DNA of 64,000 nucleotides, from positions 25,869-89,868 of the forward strand of contig CAYGZL010000151.1 of NCBI GenBank assembly GCA_964354345.1. Reading direction: 5' to 3'. The position numbers were made by a program, and so were the translations under genes. Of the stretch, positions 44,251-52,026 are shown in pieces. How positions within the stretch are numbered: position 1 is the stretch's first letter; each line of letters begins with the position of its first letter. Under the pieces are notes generated by a model. That model saw only the letters and a program-made list of their open reading frames with translations, had not been told where the DNA came from and searched no databases. Source of the stretch: an uncultured Anaerolineaceae bacterium. Its GTDB lineage: Bacteria > Chloroflexota > Anaerolineae > Anaerolineales > UBA4823.

Positions 44251-46670
44251 TAGGCCAGGAGAGCACTGGCCGGTTTGGCGTTTACCGAGGCGGTTTCATC
44301 CTGTAACGCCGCCCAGGGGAAATAACCCTGACTGACCAGGCCGTTAAACCAGGGACGCTCATTGACCAGTTGCAGGATAGTATGATAATCATCCCACTGT
44401 TTTTTTACATCCGGTTTGGACGGCAGGGATACAGCCAATACAATTGGTTTATCAGCCAAATAGTGCACCGGGCGAACGATGTCATCCAAGAACAAACCCA
44501 TTTCCTTTGCCAGGTCATCTTTCGGGGTGGCATTTTCAAACCTCTGGGATCCTTCCCAGGTCAGGTATATTTGATCGAATGCCTCAATGAAGGGCGGTGG
44601 GGATGCGATGGCCTGGGTCGAAACAGCCCACGCCAGAGTCCCCGTAAAGTGAGAGCGAACTTCCGTTATCAAATTTCGCCAACGAGTTTCGGAATCCCCG
44701 GGGACATTGGATGGTGTTTGGTCAGCGAGTTTCCCGCCAGGCAGTGCGGGCAGCAACCAATCGCCACCCAGGATCAATTCATCGGCTCCAGCTTGTTGGG
44801 CTAAATCGGCAAAGTGAACGGCAAACTTACGGTATTGTTCGAACCACACGATCCACCAGCTAAAGTCACGCTGTGCATTTTGCCACCATTCTTGACTGAT
44901 ATCCAGGCATCCCGTGTCAGGACATGAGGATGTAAAGTTGAATTCTGGGGTTGGATAAAGAGCGACATGAATGTTGCCAATCCGGTTTGCTTCAACCATG
45001 GATAACAACTCATCCCAGAGCGGGTTACTTCCTGCAATCGGTTCTAGCAAAGGTGGATTCTCATGGGTATACGACCAGCCAGGAGTAAGAACCAGCCAGT
45101 TCGCACCCAATCGTTTCACTTGTTCGATCACGGTTAGCATCCGGTACTGCATGATTGGCTGGTAGCCGGGTTCTAAAGATATACCTGCCATGAATTCTGA
45201 TCCCCTTTGGTTGACCAGATCGGTTGGCGTTGAAAAATTTTCCAGAGATTGTTCCAGGTCGACCCATGCAGTCACCTGGTCTTTATGGGTAAACGGCAAA
45301 TTTGATAGGTCTGCGATACGACCTTTACCAAATTCCCCAGGGGTTTGTGAATCATCTGCACGACCGCAGAGGCTATTTCGACAATAACGATAGTTTAAAT
45401 TACCGGGTAGATTTAGTGGACTGTAGAGCACATATCCCCAACGATTTTCACTTAACCGCCACATCGGAATCGGCTCAGTCCAACCAAAAAGCGGGTTAAG
45501 CTGGAGATATATTTCATCTCCGAGGGGCGTGGTCGCCGGCACGGTTAAATCAAAAGAAATACTGGTTGATCCAATCGTGTGCCAGGTATCTACCGATTCT
45601 TGGATGAGGGTATTTTGTGTTGGAACAATAAGTTGGCGAAGGCGAATTTCTCCCGTTGTAGTATATTCAGCATTCCAGAAACCATCGCCCAGGGTGTATT
45701 TATAGCGTACATCTGCCCCGACAGGCAAGGATAGCGTGACCGTGTAGCGACCATCGGGCAGAGTCTCCAACACCGGCATAGCAGAGATAAGGCTGCTGAT
45801 GCCGCCATGCAGGGTTGCGAAGGTGTTTCCGAGTTGGACCAGATTTCCAGCCAGGCGGAGGGGAACAATGGGTGGTGTATCATCAGGTACTTTCACCACA
45901 AAGGTGACTCGCACCTGGGGTACTGAGTTTAGCTTGAGTGGAGTGGGTGTGGTGGATTCGGCAGCGACTTGCGCGCCTTGTTGGAAGGTTTGATAAGATC
46001 CATCCAAGGCAATCGCAACCAGGTTGTGGATGCCAATCGGTAACCCCTCAATCCGGAATGAGCCATCTGAAGCAGTAAAGGTCTGGGCGCCGCCAGCTGT
46101 CACGAGCAATTGAGGAAGAGGTTGACCTGATGAAGCGTCAAGCGCCTGACCAATAATTCGGCCCTGATCGCCTTCGAATACGGTATCCGTCCATCGGCTA
46201 ACAACATCGGTTAGAGTGCCAGGGGCGACGACGGAGTACAACCGGTAGCGCACAGGTGAGCCATCCGAAGTGTGTTCATTAACCAAGATCGCTTCGCTTT
46301 GCCGTTCATAACGATACAGTACTAACGAGCCGATCGCGAACGGTAAGGTCAGTCGGAAACGACGCGGCGCGCCCGGCTGGTCGGGTTCAGGTTCCATTCT
46401 GAAATGGCGCACATTCAGCGCCAGTCCGGTTACTTCATCCAATATACTGATATAAACCAGGGTGTTCTCTGGGGTATTGGCCGGAATAGCGACCCGAAAG
46501 GTAATTTCAGTTTCAGGTCCTGAGGGAAGTGATGTGGATTCGGGTATGCCTGGCTGCTCTGGCCTGGTTAAGACTTGTGAAGGGGTTGCTGTGGGTAAGC
46601 CACCCGAATTACATGCGCTGAAGAAGATAGTCAGCAGAATCAGGATGGAAAAGCTTCGCCTCATGATCAT
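44214..46670 (-). CDS. Large lipoprotein with a carboxypeptidase-regulatory-like beta-sandwich and a putative TIM-barrel glycoside-hydrolase-like C-terminal domain
   Basis: 818 aa. Signal plus lipobox LLTIFFSAC. GRIIGQALDASSGQPLPQLLVTAGGAQTFTASDGSFRIEGLPIGIHNLVA is CarboxypepD_reg-like. The C-terminal region (GANWLVLTPGWSY, ELILGGDW) is only loosely GH-like. Confidence 0.5.
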   Translation of the reverse strand: MIMRRSFSILILLTIFFSACNSGGLPTATPSQVLTRPEQPGIPESTSLPSGPETEITFRVAIPANTPENTLVYISILDEVTGLALNVRHFRMEPEPDQPGAPRRFRLTLPFAIGSLVLYRYERQSEAILVNEHTSDGSPVRYRLYSVVAPGTLTDVVSRWTDTVFEGDQGRIIGQALDASSGQPLPQLLVTAGGAQTFTASDGSFRIEGLPIGIHNLVAIALDGSYQTFQQGAQVAAESTTPTPLKLNSVPQVRVTFVVKVPDDTPPIVPLRLAGNLVQLGNTFATLHGGISSLISAMPVLETLPDGRYTVTLSLPVGADVRYKYTLGDGFWNAEYTTTGEIRLRQLIVPTQNTLIQESVDTWHTIGSTSISFDLTVPATTPLGDEIYLQLNPLFGWTEPIPMWRLSENRWGYVLYSPLNLPGNLNYRYCRNSLCGRADDSQTPGEFGKGRIADLSNLPFTHKDQVTAWVDLEQSLENFSTPTDLVNQRGSEFMAGISLEPGYQPIMQYRMLTVIEQVKRLGANWLVLTPGWSYTHENPPLLEPIAGSNPLWDELLSMVEANRIGNIHVALYPTPEFNFTSSCPDTGCLDISQEWWQNAQRDFSWWIVWFEQYRKFAVHFADLAQQAGADELILGGDWLLPALPGGKLADQTPSNVPGDSETRWRNLITEVRSHFTGTLAWAVSTQAIASPPPFIEAFDQIYLTWEGSQRFENATPKDDLAKEMGLFLDDIVRPVHYLADKPIVLAVSLPSKPDVKKQWDDYHTILQLVNERPWFNGLVSQGYFPWAALQDETASVNAKPASALLAYWFPKLLEQNTP

Positions 46671-47560
46671 TCTACCTGTTGGATTAACTGAAGTAATAGT
46701 TCTAGGTTAGGAATTACTGACACTGGAAAAGCCTGTTGCAGTGAGCGTCTTCCAGTTTGATATTTCACCCTTAAATAACCATTATTGACGGCTATCTTGG
46801 TTAATGCCTCCCAGGCGATCATCACCCGCAAATCAGGATAACCAGTAAAATTACTGGTTGGTTTCTTCAAGATACCCAGACCAGTTTGGTGAATGGCAAA
46901 AGGTCCAAAGGCGATCCATTGACCAGTTTCAAAATCGGCCTGGAGAATGGGTTGGAGTCGGGTATATAACCCGGCCTTGATATAGGAGAGTGCTTCTGCC
47001 AGTTGAGGGATATGCGCGGTAAGCAGAAACGATCGACCATTCTTTGGGAAAATTCGAGCCTGATAGCAAATCCGTCCATGAACACTCAAGAATTGATTCA
47101 GTCGCATGCTCAATGCGATACCAGCAATTTCCGACCAAAGCAACCGACGTGTCCTGGACAATCCCCGCTGGTAACTAATTCCGTTTTGATAGATAGTCAG
47201 GTGCATGCGGGCGGTAATTAACCGACTACAACACCAGACGAAAACCCCGAGCAGAATCAACCAGCCAGCCCAGAACCATGGCTGGATGGGGCTGATGGCT
47301 GCAGCAAATCCATATTGTATATAGCGGATATAGATGGTCCTGCCACCGTATCCCACCATGCTGACGCCGGCGATGATAACCAACATTGCCCCCAGGCAGC
47401 TTCCTGCCGTAAAGGCTCGGGGATGGTAGAAACCAACTTGATTACCCAAATTGGGCGAAGGCTGTGTGTCACCCGGATTAGCTGACCCGTCCAATGAAGG
47501 TCGTTGGTCAAGTGCTGGTTGCTTACGAGCTTGCTTCCTCATCATATTCCATCTTTGCAA
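46667..47560 (-). CDS. Hypothetical membrane protein (disordered N-terminus, 3 TM, C-terminal PH-like repeats?)
   Basis: 297-aa ORF with a 4-nt overlap onto the downstream gene. I recognised no family motif. Confidence 0.45.
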   Translation of the reverse strand: MQRWNMMRKQARKQPALDQRPSLDGSANPGDTQPSPNLGNQVGFYHPRAFTAGSCLGAMLVIIAGVSMVGYGGRTIYIRYIQYGFAAAISPIQPWFWAGWLILLGVFVWCCSRLITARMHLTIYQNGISYQRGLSRTRRLLWSEIAGIALSMRLNQFLSVHGRICYQARIFPKNGRSFLLTAHIPQLAEALSYIKAGLYTRLQPILQADFETGQWIAFGPFAIHQTGLGILKKPTSNFTGYPDLRVMIAWEALTKIAVNNGYLRVKYQTGRRSLQQAFPVSVIPNLELLLQLIQQVE

Positions 47561-47664
47561 GAATCATGCCGGTACATCCCAGGCAGGTTCTCTACCTGAT
47601 GGACAGATTTATTGGGGGAATAACGATGCTTGCCGGAGAGAAGGTGAAATTCCCGGGGAAAAAA

Positions 47665-48549
47665 TTACGTTTTGTTACGATTACGCTGCGCCAGGTATGC
47701 GAGTCCGATACTCATGAAGTATAGAATGATCAATGGACCCATCACCAGTGACATGTTCACCGGATCGACAGTGGGAGTGATTGCTGCCGAGAGAACAGCG
47801 ATAATTACGATGGCTAATCGCCACTGCTGTGTGAGAGATTTAGCTTTCACCACGCCCATCCCAGCCAGAACGAAGATGACCAAAGGGAACTCGAAAGCCA
47901 GACCTAGCCAAAAGATCATCGAAGTTACAAAGCTGATATATGAGGAAGGTCGCACCTGGGTAGTAATACCCATAACATTGAGTAAAAAGGGAATCGCTGC
48001 TGGCATCATCACGAAATAAGCAAAGGCCATCCCACCTAAGAAAAATACCACAACGATTGGAATGGATAGGCAACCCCAGATGCGGGCTTTGCGGCTGACG
48101 CCGGGGGCGATGAAACGGTACAACTCAAAGACTATATAGGGTAATGCCAGCGAGAAACCCGAAAGCAGAGAGATCCGCATTAATGTACCAATTGGTTCAG
48201 TAACATCGATTGCCACCAGACCCTCGATACCACCCGGGAGAGATTGGGAAAGAATCTCGAGAATCTGACGGCTAAAGGTGAAGGAAAAAGCTGTCGTAAC
48301 TGCCATAAAGAGAACTGCTCGGAAGAGGTGCTTCCTGAGATCGTTGAGATGTGACAACAATCCCATGGGATTTTCCGCAGTTTTCGCGAGTGTTTCTGGT
48401 AGGGGTGTGTCTTCGATTTCTTCTGTAAAAAAAGTTCGAATATCCGTAGCTAGATGAGTAATCCAGCGTTGAATTACCCGAAAAATCCAGATGATGACGC
48501 GAAATGGAAAAGATATAACCCGCCAAAGAGTCCTGAAGAATTTCCGCAT
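47665..48549 (-). CDS. tatC: Twin-arginine translocase subunit TatC
   Basis: 294 aa, 6 TM. Contains SHLNDLRKHLFRAVLFMAVTT and a TatC-like topology. Confidence 0.85.
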   Translation of the reverse strand: MRKFFRTLWRVISFPFRVIIWIFRVIQRWITHLATDIRTFFTEEIEDTPLPETLAKTAENPMGLLSHLNDLRKHLFRAVLFMAVTTAFSFTFSRQILEILSQSLPGGIEGLVAIDVTEPIGTLMRISLLSGFSLALPYIVFELYRFIAPGVSRKARIWGCLSIPIVVVFFLGGMAFAYFVMMPAAIPFLLNVMGITTQVRPSSYISFVTSMIFWLGLAFEFPLVIFVLAGMGVVKAKSLTQQWRLAIVIIAVLSAAITPTVDPVNMSLVMGPLIILYFMSIGLAYLAQRNRNKT

Positions 48550-48552
48550 AGT

Positions 48553-49017
48553 TTATTTAGACTCTGAATTATTAGGATTTTCCGTCGATGCAGGAGGCGA
48601 TTCAATGATCGTGGGAGGTGTGGTCCAATCCGATTGATCTGTTTTAACCACCTTTGGTGGAGTGGCGCTTGGCGGTGTGGTACCAGGCTGGCGAGGATCA
48701 ATCGTTAGCGTTAAGCTCTCCTGTTCGGGTAAACTGGATTTTAATTCTTGACTGATTTGTTGAACATCTTCTTTCAACTCCTGGCTTATTTCTTTTATCG
48801 GTTCTTCTAATCCAGCATCTCGCATCAGCTTGTTTGGCAGGTAGCGTAGATCGCGAGATGTTTCCTGGATCGTTCGCCAGGTAGGGGAAGTTACCAGATT
48901 ACGTAAAAACCGCCCGATCGTTCGTCCGGCCTTAATCATGTCATTTGGGCCTAGCACGATCAGGGCAATCAAGATAATGAAAAGTAATTCCAGCGGTCCG
49001 ACGCCTAAAATTTCCAT
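48553..49017 (-). CDS. Twin-arginine translocase TatA/TatB-family protein (TatB-like long form)
   Basis: 154 aa. The N-terminus ELLFIILIALIVLGPNDMIKAGRTIGRFLRNL shows the TM plus amphipathic-helix signature. It has a Pro/Thr-rich tail. Confidence 0.75.
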   Translation of the reverse strand: MEILGVGPLELLFIILIALIVLGPNDMIKAGRTIGRFLRNLVTSPTWRTIQETSRDLRYLPNKLMRDAGLEEPIKEISQELKEDVQQISQELKSSLPEQESLTLTIDPRQPGTTPPSATPPKVVKTDQSDWTTPPTIIESPPASTENPNNSESK

Positions 49018-49025
49018 TAATAGAC

Positions 49026-49466
49026 CTAAGTTTTCAGTGACCGTTCCAAGGCTTGTTGGATTTCAATTTGTCGGGTGGCGAGACTGCCAAGCACCCCATT
49101 CACGAAACGTGGCGTGCTGTCTGATCCGAAGGCTTTCGCCAGCTCTACAGCCTCATTGATTGCCACCTTAACGGGAGTCTTTCCAAACACGGCAAACTCC
49201 CATAATGCTATTCGGATTATGTTGCGATCTATAATAGCTACCTGGTCTAATGGCCATTCGGGAGCGTGCTCTGCGATGAAGTTGTCTAGCATGGCGACCA
49301 TTGGCCAGACGCCAACGATAATATTGCGTGCGAAAGCCGCTAGAGTCGGTTCTAGTTCCGCCTCATCGATGCGCTCTTCGATCACTTGTTCTGGGGGGTG
49401 ACCGGTGACATCAATTTCGAAAAGTGCTTGCAGGGCAACGCTCCGTGCCCTGGTGCGCGGTTTCAT
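49026..49466 (-). CDS. nusB: Transcription antitermination factor NusB
   Basis: 146 aa. Contains RTRARSVALQALFEIDV and RIALWEF...PVKVAINEAVELAK. Confidence 0.85.
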   Translation of the reverse strand: MKPRTRARSVALQALFEIDVTGHPPEQVIEERIDEAELEPTLAAFARNIIVGVWPMVAMLDNFIAEHAPEWPLDQVAIIDRNIIRIALWEFAVFGKTPVKVAINEAVELAKAFGSDSTPRFVNGVLGSLATRQIEIQQALERSLKT

Positions 49467-49472
49467 TTTTAT

Positions 49473-49922
49473 TTAGGCTTCTGCCTCCGCAGGATAGTCA
49501 ACATCTTCTACGTGAACATTGATGCGACCAACTTGCATGCCCACCATTTCGGAAATTGCCCGTGCTGTTTCTTGTTGCACCAGCCGGCACACCTCGCGAA
49601 TATTGTAGTCATGCTTAAGGATCACATACAAGTCAACATTCACTGTATCTTCTTTAATTTCGAGGCGGACGCCTTCGTTGTAGCCGCGTGTGAAGAATCG
49701 GTCAACCCCTCCAGTAATCGTGCTCATCCGACTGATGCCATCAACATTCAAAGTGGCCAAACGGGCGATATTCAACAGCACCTCAGGCGCGATAGTCGTC
49801 TTCCCAGCTGCGATGGCTCCATAATCTGCGTCTTCAGCATGTTGTGAAAGCGCCGGATTTTGAGATGATGGTTCCGGCATACCCGGATTTTTCTTCTCCG
49901 CCGGATCAGTTTGTTCCGCCAT
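49473..49922 (-). CDS. Asp23/Gls24-family (alkaline shock) protein
   Basis: 149 aa. Contains TTIAPEVLLNIARLATLNVDGISRM and VNVHVEDV. The asp23-nusB adjacency is a common synteny. Confidence 0.8.
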   Translation of the reverse strand: MAEQTDPAEKKNPGMPEPSSQNPALSQHAEDADYGAIAAGKTTIAPEVLLNIARLATLNVDGISRMSTITGGVDRFFTRGYNEGVRLEIKEDTVNVDLYVILKHDYNIREVCRLVQQETARAISEMVGMQVGRINVHVEDVDYPAEAEA

Positions 49923-49934
49923 ATCTCCTCCCGA

Positions 49935-50696
49935 TTACATCATCATCATGCCGCCGTCCACACTCAGCACCTGTCCGGTGATATAACTTGCTTCGTCGGA
50001 GGCGAAAAATGCCACAGCATAAGCAATCTCTTCCGGTTTACCCCAACGGCTGAGGGGGATCAGCTTCATCATAGAATCTTTTAGTTCGGCTGGTAAATTA
50101 ATGGTTAATGCCGTAGGCACAAAGCCAGGGGCTACAGCGTTGACCGTTATATTGCGTGAGGCGACTTCACGCGCCAACGCTTTAGTAAAACCGATCACCC
50201 CGGCCTTGGAAGCCGAATAATTCGTTTGACCAATCTGACCTGCCAATCCGGATACCGAGGATATGTTAATAATCCGGCCATAGCGTTGTTTCATCATGGA
50301 ACGTATGAGGGCTTTGCTGCAGTTGAACGCGCCCTTTAAATTGATGTTAATCACCAGATCCCATTCTGACTCGTCCATGCGCATGATCAGATTGTCGCGC
50401 GTGATACCGGCATTGTTGACCAGGATGTCGATATGACCGAACTCGGCCAGTGCATGTTCTACCATTGTCCGGGCACTGGCGTGGTTGGATACGTCAACCG
50501 GCAACGCAAGCGTGTGTCGTCCGGTCGCTGCCGCGATTTCCTGAGCTGTGGATTGAGCAAGTTGTTCCTGGATATCGGCAATCACCACATCCACACCACG
50601 TCCAGCCAATGTCTCTGCGATGGCGCGGCCAATTCCCCTGGAACCACCCGTAATTACAGCAGTCTTACCTTCAAAGGACATGGCGAAAATCTCCAT
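49935..50696 (-). CDS. fabG: 3-oxoacyl-[ACP] reductase
   Basis: Contains TGGSRGIGRAIA, NNAGITRD and YSASKAGVIGFTKALA. The likely start is the internal Met at 50681. Confidence 0.85.
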   Translation of the reverse strand: MEIFAMSFEGKTAVITGGSRGIGRAIAETLAGRGVDVVIADIQEQLAQSTAQEIAAATGRHTLALPVDVSNHASARTMVEHALAEFGHIDILVNNAGITRDNLIMRMDESEWDLVININLKGAFNCSKALIRSMMKQRYGRIINISSVSGLAGQIGQTNYSASKAGVIGFTKALAREVASRNITVNAVAPGFVPTALTINLPAELKDSMMKLIPLSRWGKPEEIAYAVAFFASDEASYITGQVLSVDGGMMMM

Positions 50697-50744
50697 TCAG
50701 TATTAATAAAATAATCCTCGCATGCAACTGCAACCCGCAGGTGA

Positions 50745-51731
50745 TTATACCGCGTCCTTTGCCAGTTTTTCAAAATCGGCGGGCATACCCAGGGTAAACC
50801 CTCTAACTTCGGGGTTGATTCGTTTTAACAGCCCGGTGAGGACTGATCCGTTGCCCAATTCGATGAAGGTAGTAACGCCCAGGCGGATCATCGTTTGGAT
50901 TGACTCGCTCCAACGCACGCGCGAGGTTAATTGAGCCTGTAAGTCGTTCCGTAATTGGTCAGCAGAAGAGAGTGGTTCTGCAGAAACATTACCAACTAAC
51001 GGGAGAAGTGAATCGCGGATAGGCGCAGCCTGGACCGCTTGATTAAAGGACTCCTGTATCGAAGTCATTAAGGGTGAGTGGGCCGCGATACTCACGGCCA
51101 GGGATCTGGCACGCCGGGCGCCCGCTTGTTGCGCCAGCACAAGTGCGCGTTCCAGCGCCGGGCTGGCCCCAGAAATTACCACTTGCCCAGGGCAATTGTC
51201 ATTGGCCACCTGGACGATCGCGCCAGGTTGGCTGGCTTCAGTGCACACCCGCTCTAAGGTAGTGATATCTAAACCCAGGATGGCTGCCATACCACCGGGT
51301 GAAATTTCGCCGGCTTTTTTCATTAATTCCCCGCGTCGCCGAACCAATCGCAGCCCGGCAAGGAAATTGAGTGCGCCAGCCGCGATCAGAGCGCTGAATT
51401 CACCCATCGAATGACCGGCGACAAAAGCCGCTCGGAAACCAGGATAATATTGGAAGAACACGTATAATGAAGCGATCGAGTGAACTAATAGAGCGGGTTG
51501 GGTATTCAGGGTATCGTTAAGCTCGCTTTCTGGACCTTCCCAGGCTATTTTTCTAAGAGGAAAACCCAGTTCAAGCTCAGCTTGTTCAAACATCTCGCCG
51601 GCAACCGGGAAAGCTTCAACGAGCTCTCGCCCCATTCCAATTGTTTGTGAACCTTGACCGGGGAAGATGAAAGCAGTGTGTGCCGGATCCATGTTATTCT
51701 CCCTTAAATGCTTACGGGCCGTGATCTTCAC
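50745..51731 (-). CDS. fabD: Malonyl-CoA:ACP transacylase
   Basis: Contains FIFPGQGSQ and the active-site motif GHSMGEFSA. The likely start is the Met at 51692. Confidence 0.9.
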   Translation of the reverse strand: MKITARKHLRENNMDPAHTAFIFPGQGSQTIGMGRELVEAFPVAGEMFEQAELELGFPLRKIAWEGPESELNDTLNTQPALLVHSIASLYVFFQYYPGFRAAFVAGHSMGEFSALIAAGALNFLAGLRLVRRRGELMKKAGEISPGGMAAILGLDITTLERVCTEASQPGAIVQVANDNCPGQVVISGASPALERALVLAQQAGARRARSLAVSIAAHSPLMTSIQESFNQAVQAAPIRDSLLPLVGNVSAEPLSSADQLRNDLQAQLTSRVRWSESIQTMIRLGVTTFIELGNGSVLTGLLKRINPEVRGFTLGMPADFEKLAKDAV

Positions 51732-51742
51732 GGCCCGTTGGC

Positions 51743-51928
51743 TTATTTCTCTTCTTTGCTGACCACTTCGCGGTCTCGGTAATGTCCGCAGCTCGGGCAG
51801 ACTGTATGGGGCAAGCGCATTTCACCACAGTTCGAACATTGAACCAGATTGCGCGCCTCCAGTGCGTCATGTGCCCGCCGGCGATCACGGCGTCCACGCG
51901 AAAGTTTACGCTTTGGATGAGGGGGCAT
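51743..51928 (-). CDS. rpmF: 50S ribosomal protein L32
   Basis: 61 aa. Contains PKRKLSRGRRDRRRAH and the zinc ribbon CSNCGE...CPSCG. Confidence 0.9.
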   Translation of the reverse strand: MPPHPKRKLSRGRRDRRRAHDALEARNLVQCSNCGEMRLPHTVCPSCGHYRDREVVSKEEK

Positions 51929-51940
51929 GGTCTTTCTCCT

Positions 51941-51968
51941 ACAAAATAATACCTGCCCGATCGGCAGG
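51941..51968 (-). terminator. Terminator-like hairpin immediately upstream of the rpmF ribosome-binding site
   Basis: The minus strand reads CCTGCC-GATCG-GGCAGG (a 6-bp GC-rich stem), then TATTATTTTGT, then AGGAGA, 6 nt, ATG. Confidence 0.35.
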
Positions 51969-52026
51969 CAGGGGGATTATACGTGTATGCCGGATGGTTG
52001 TCAAGTCTGGTTTTCCACCGGAAAAC

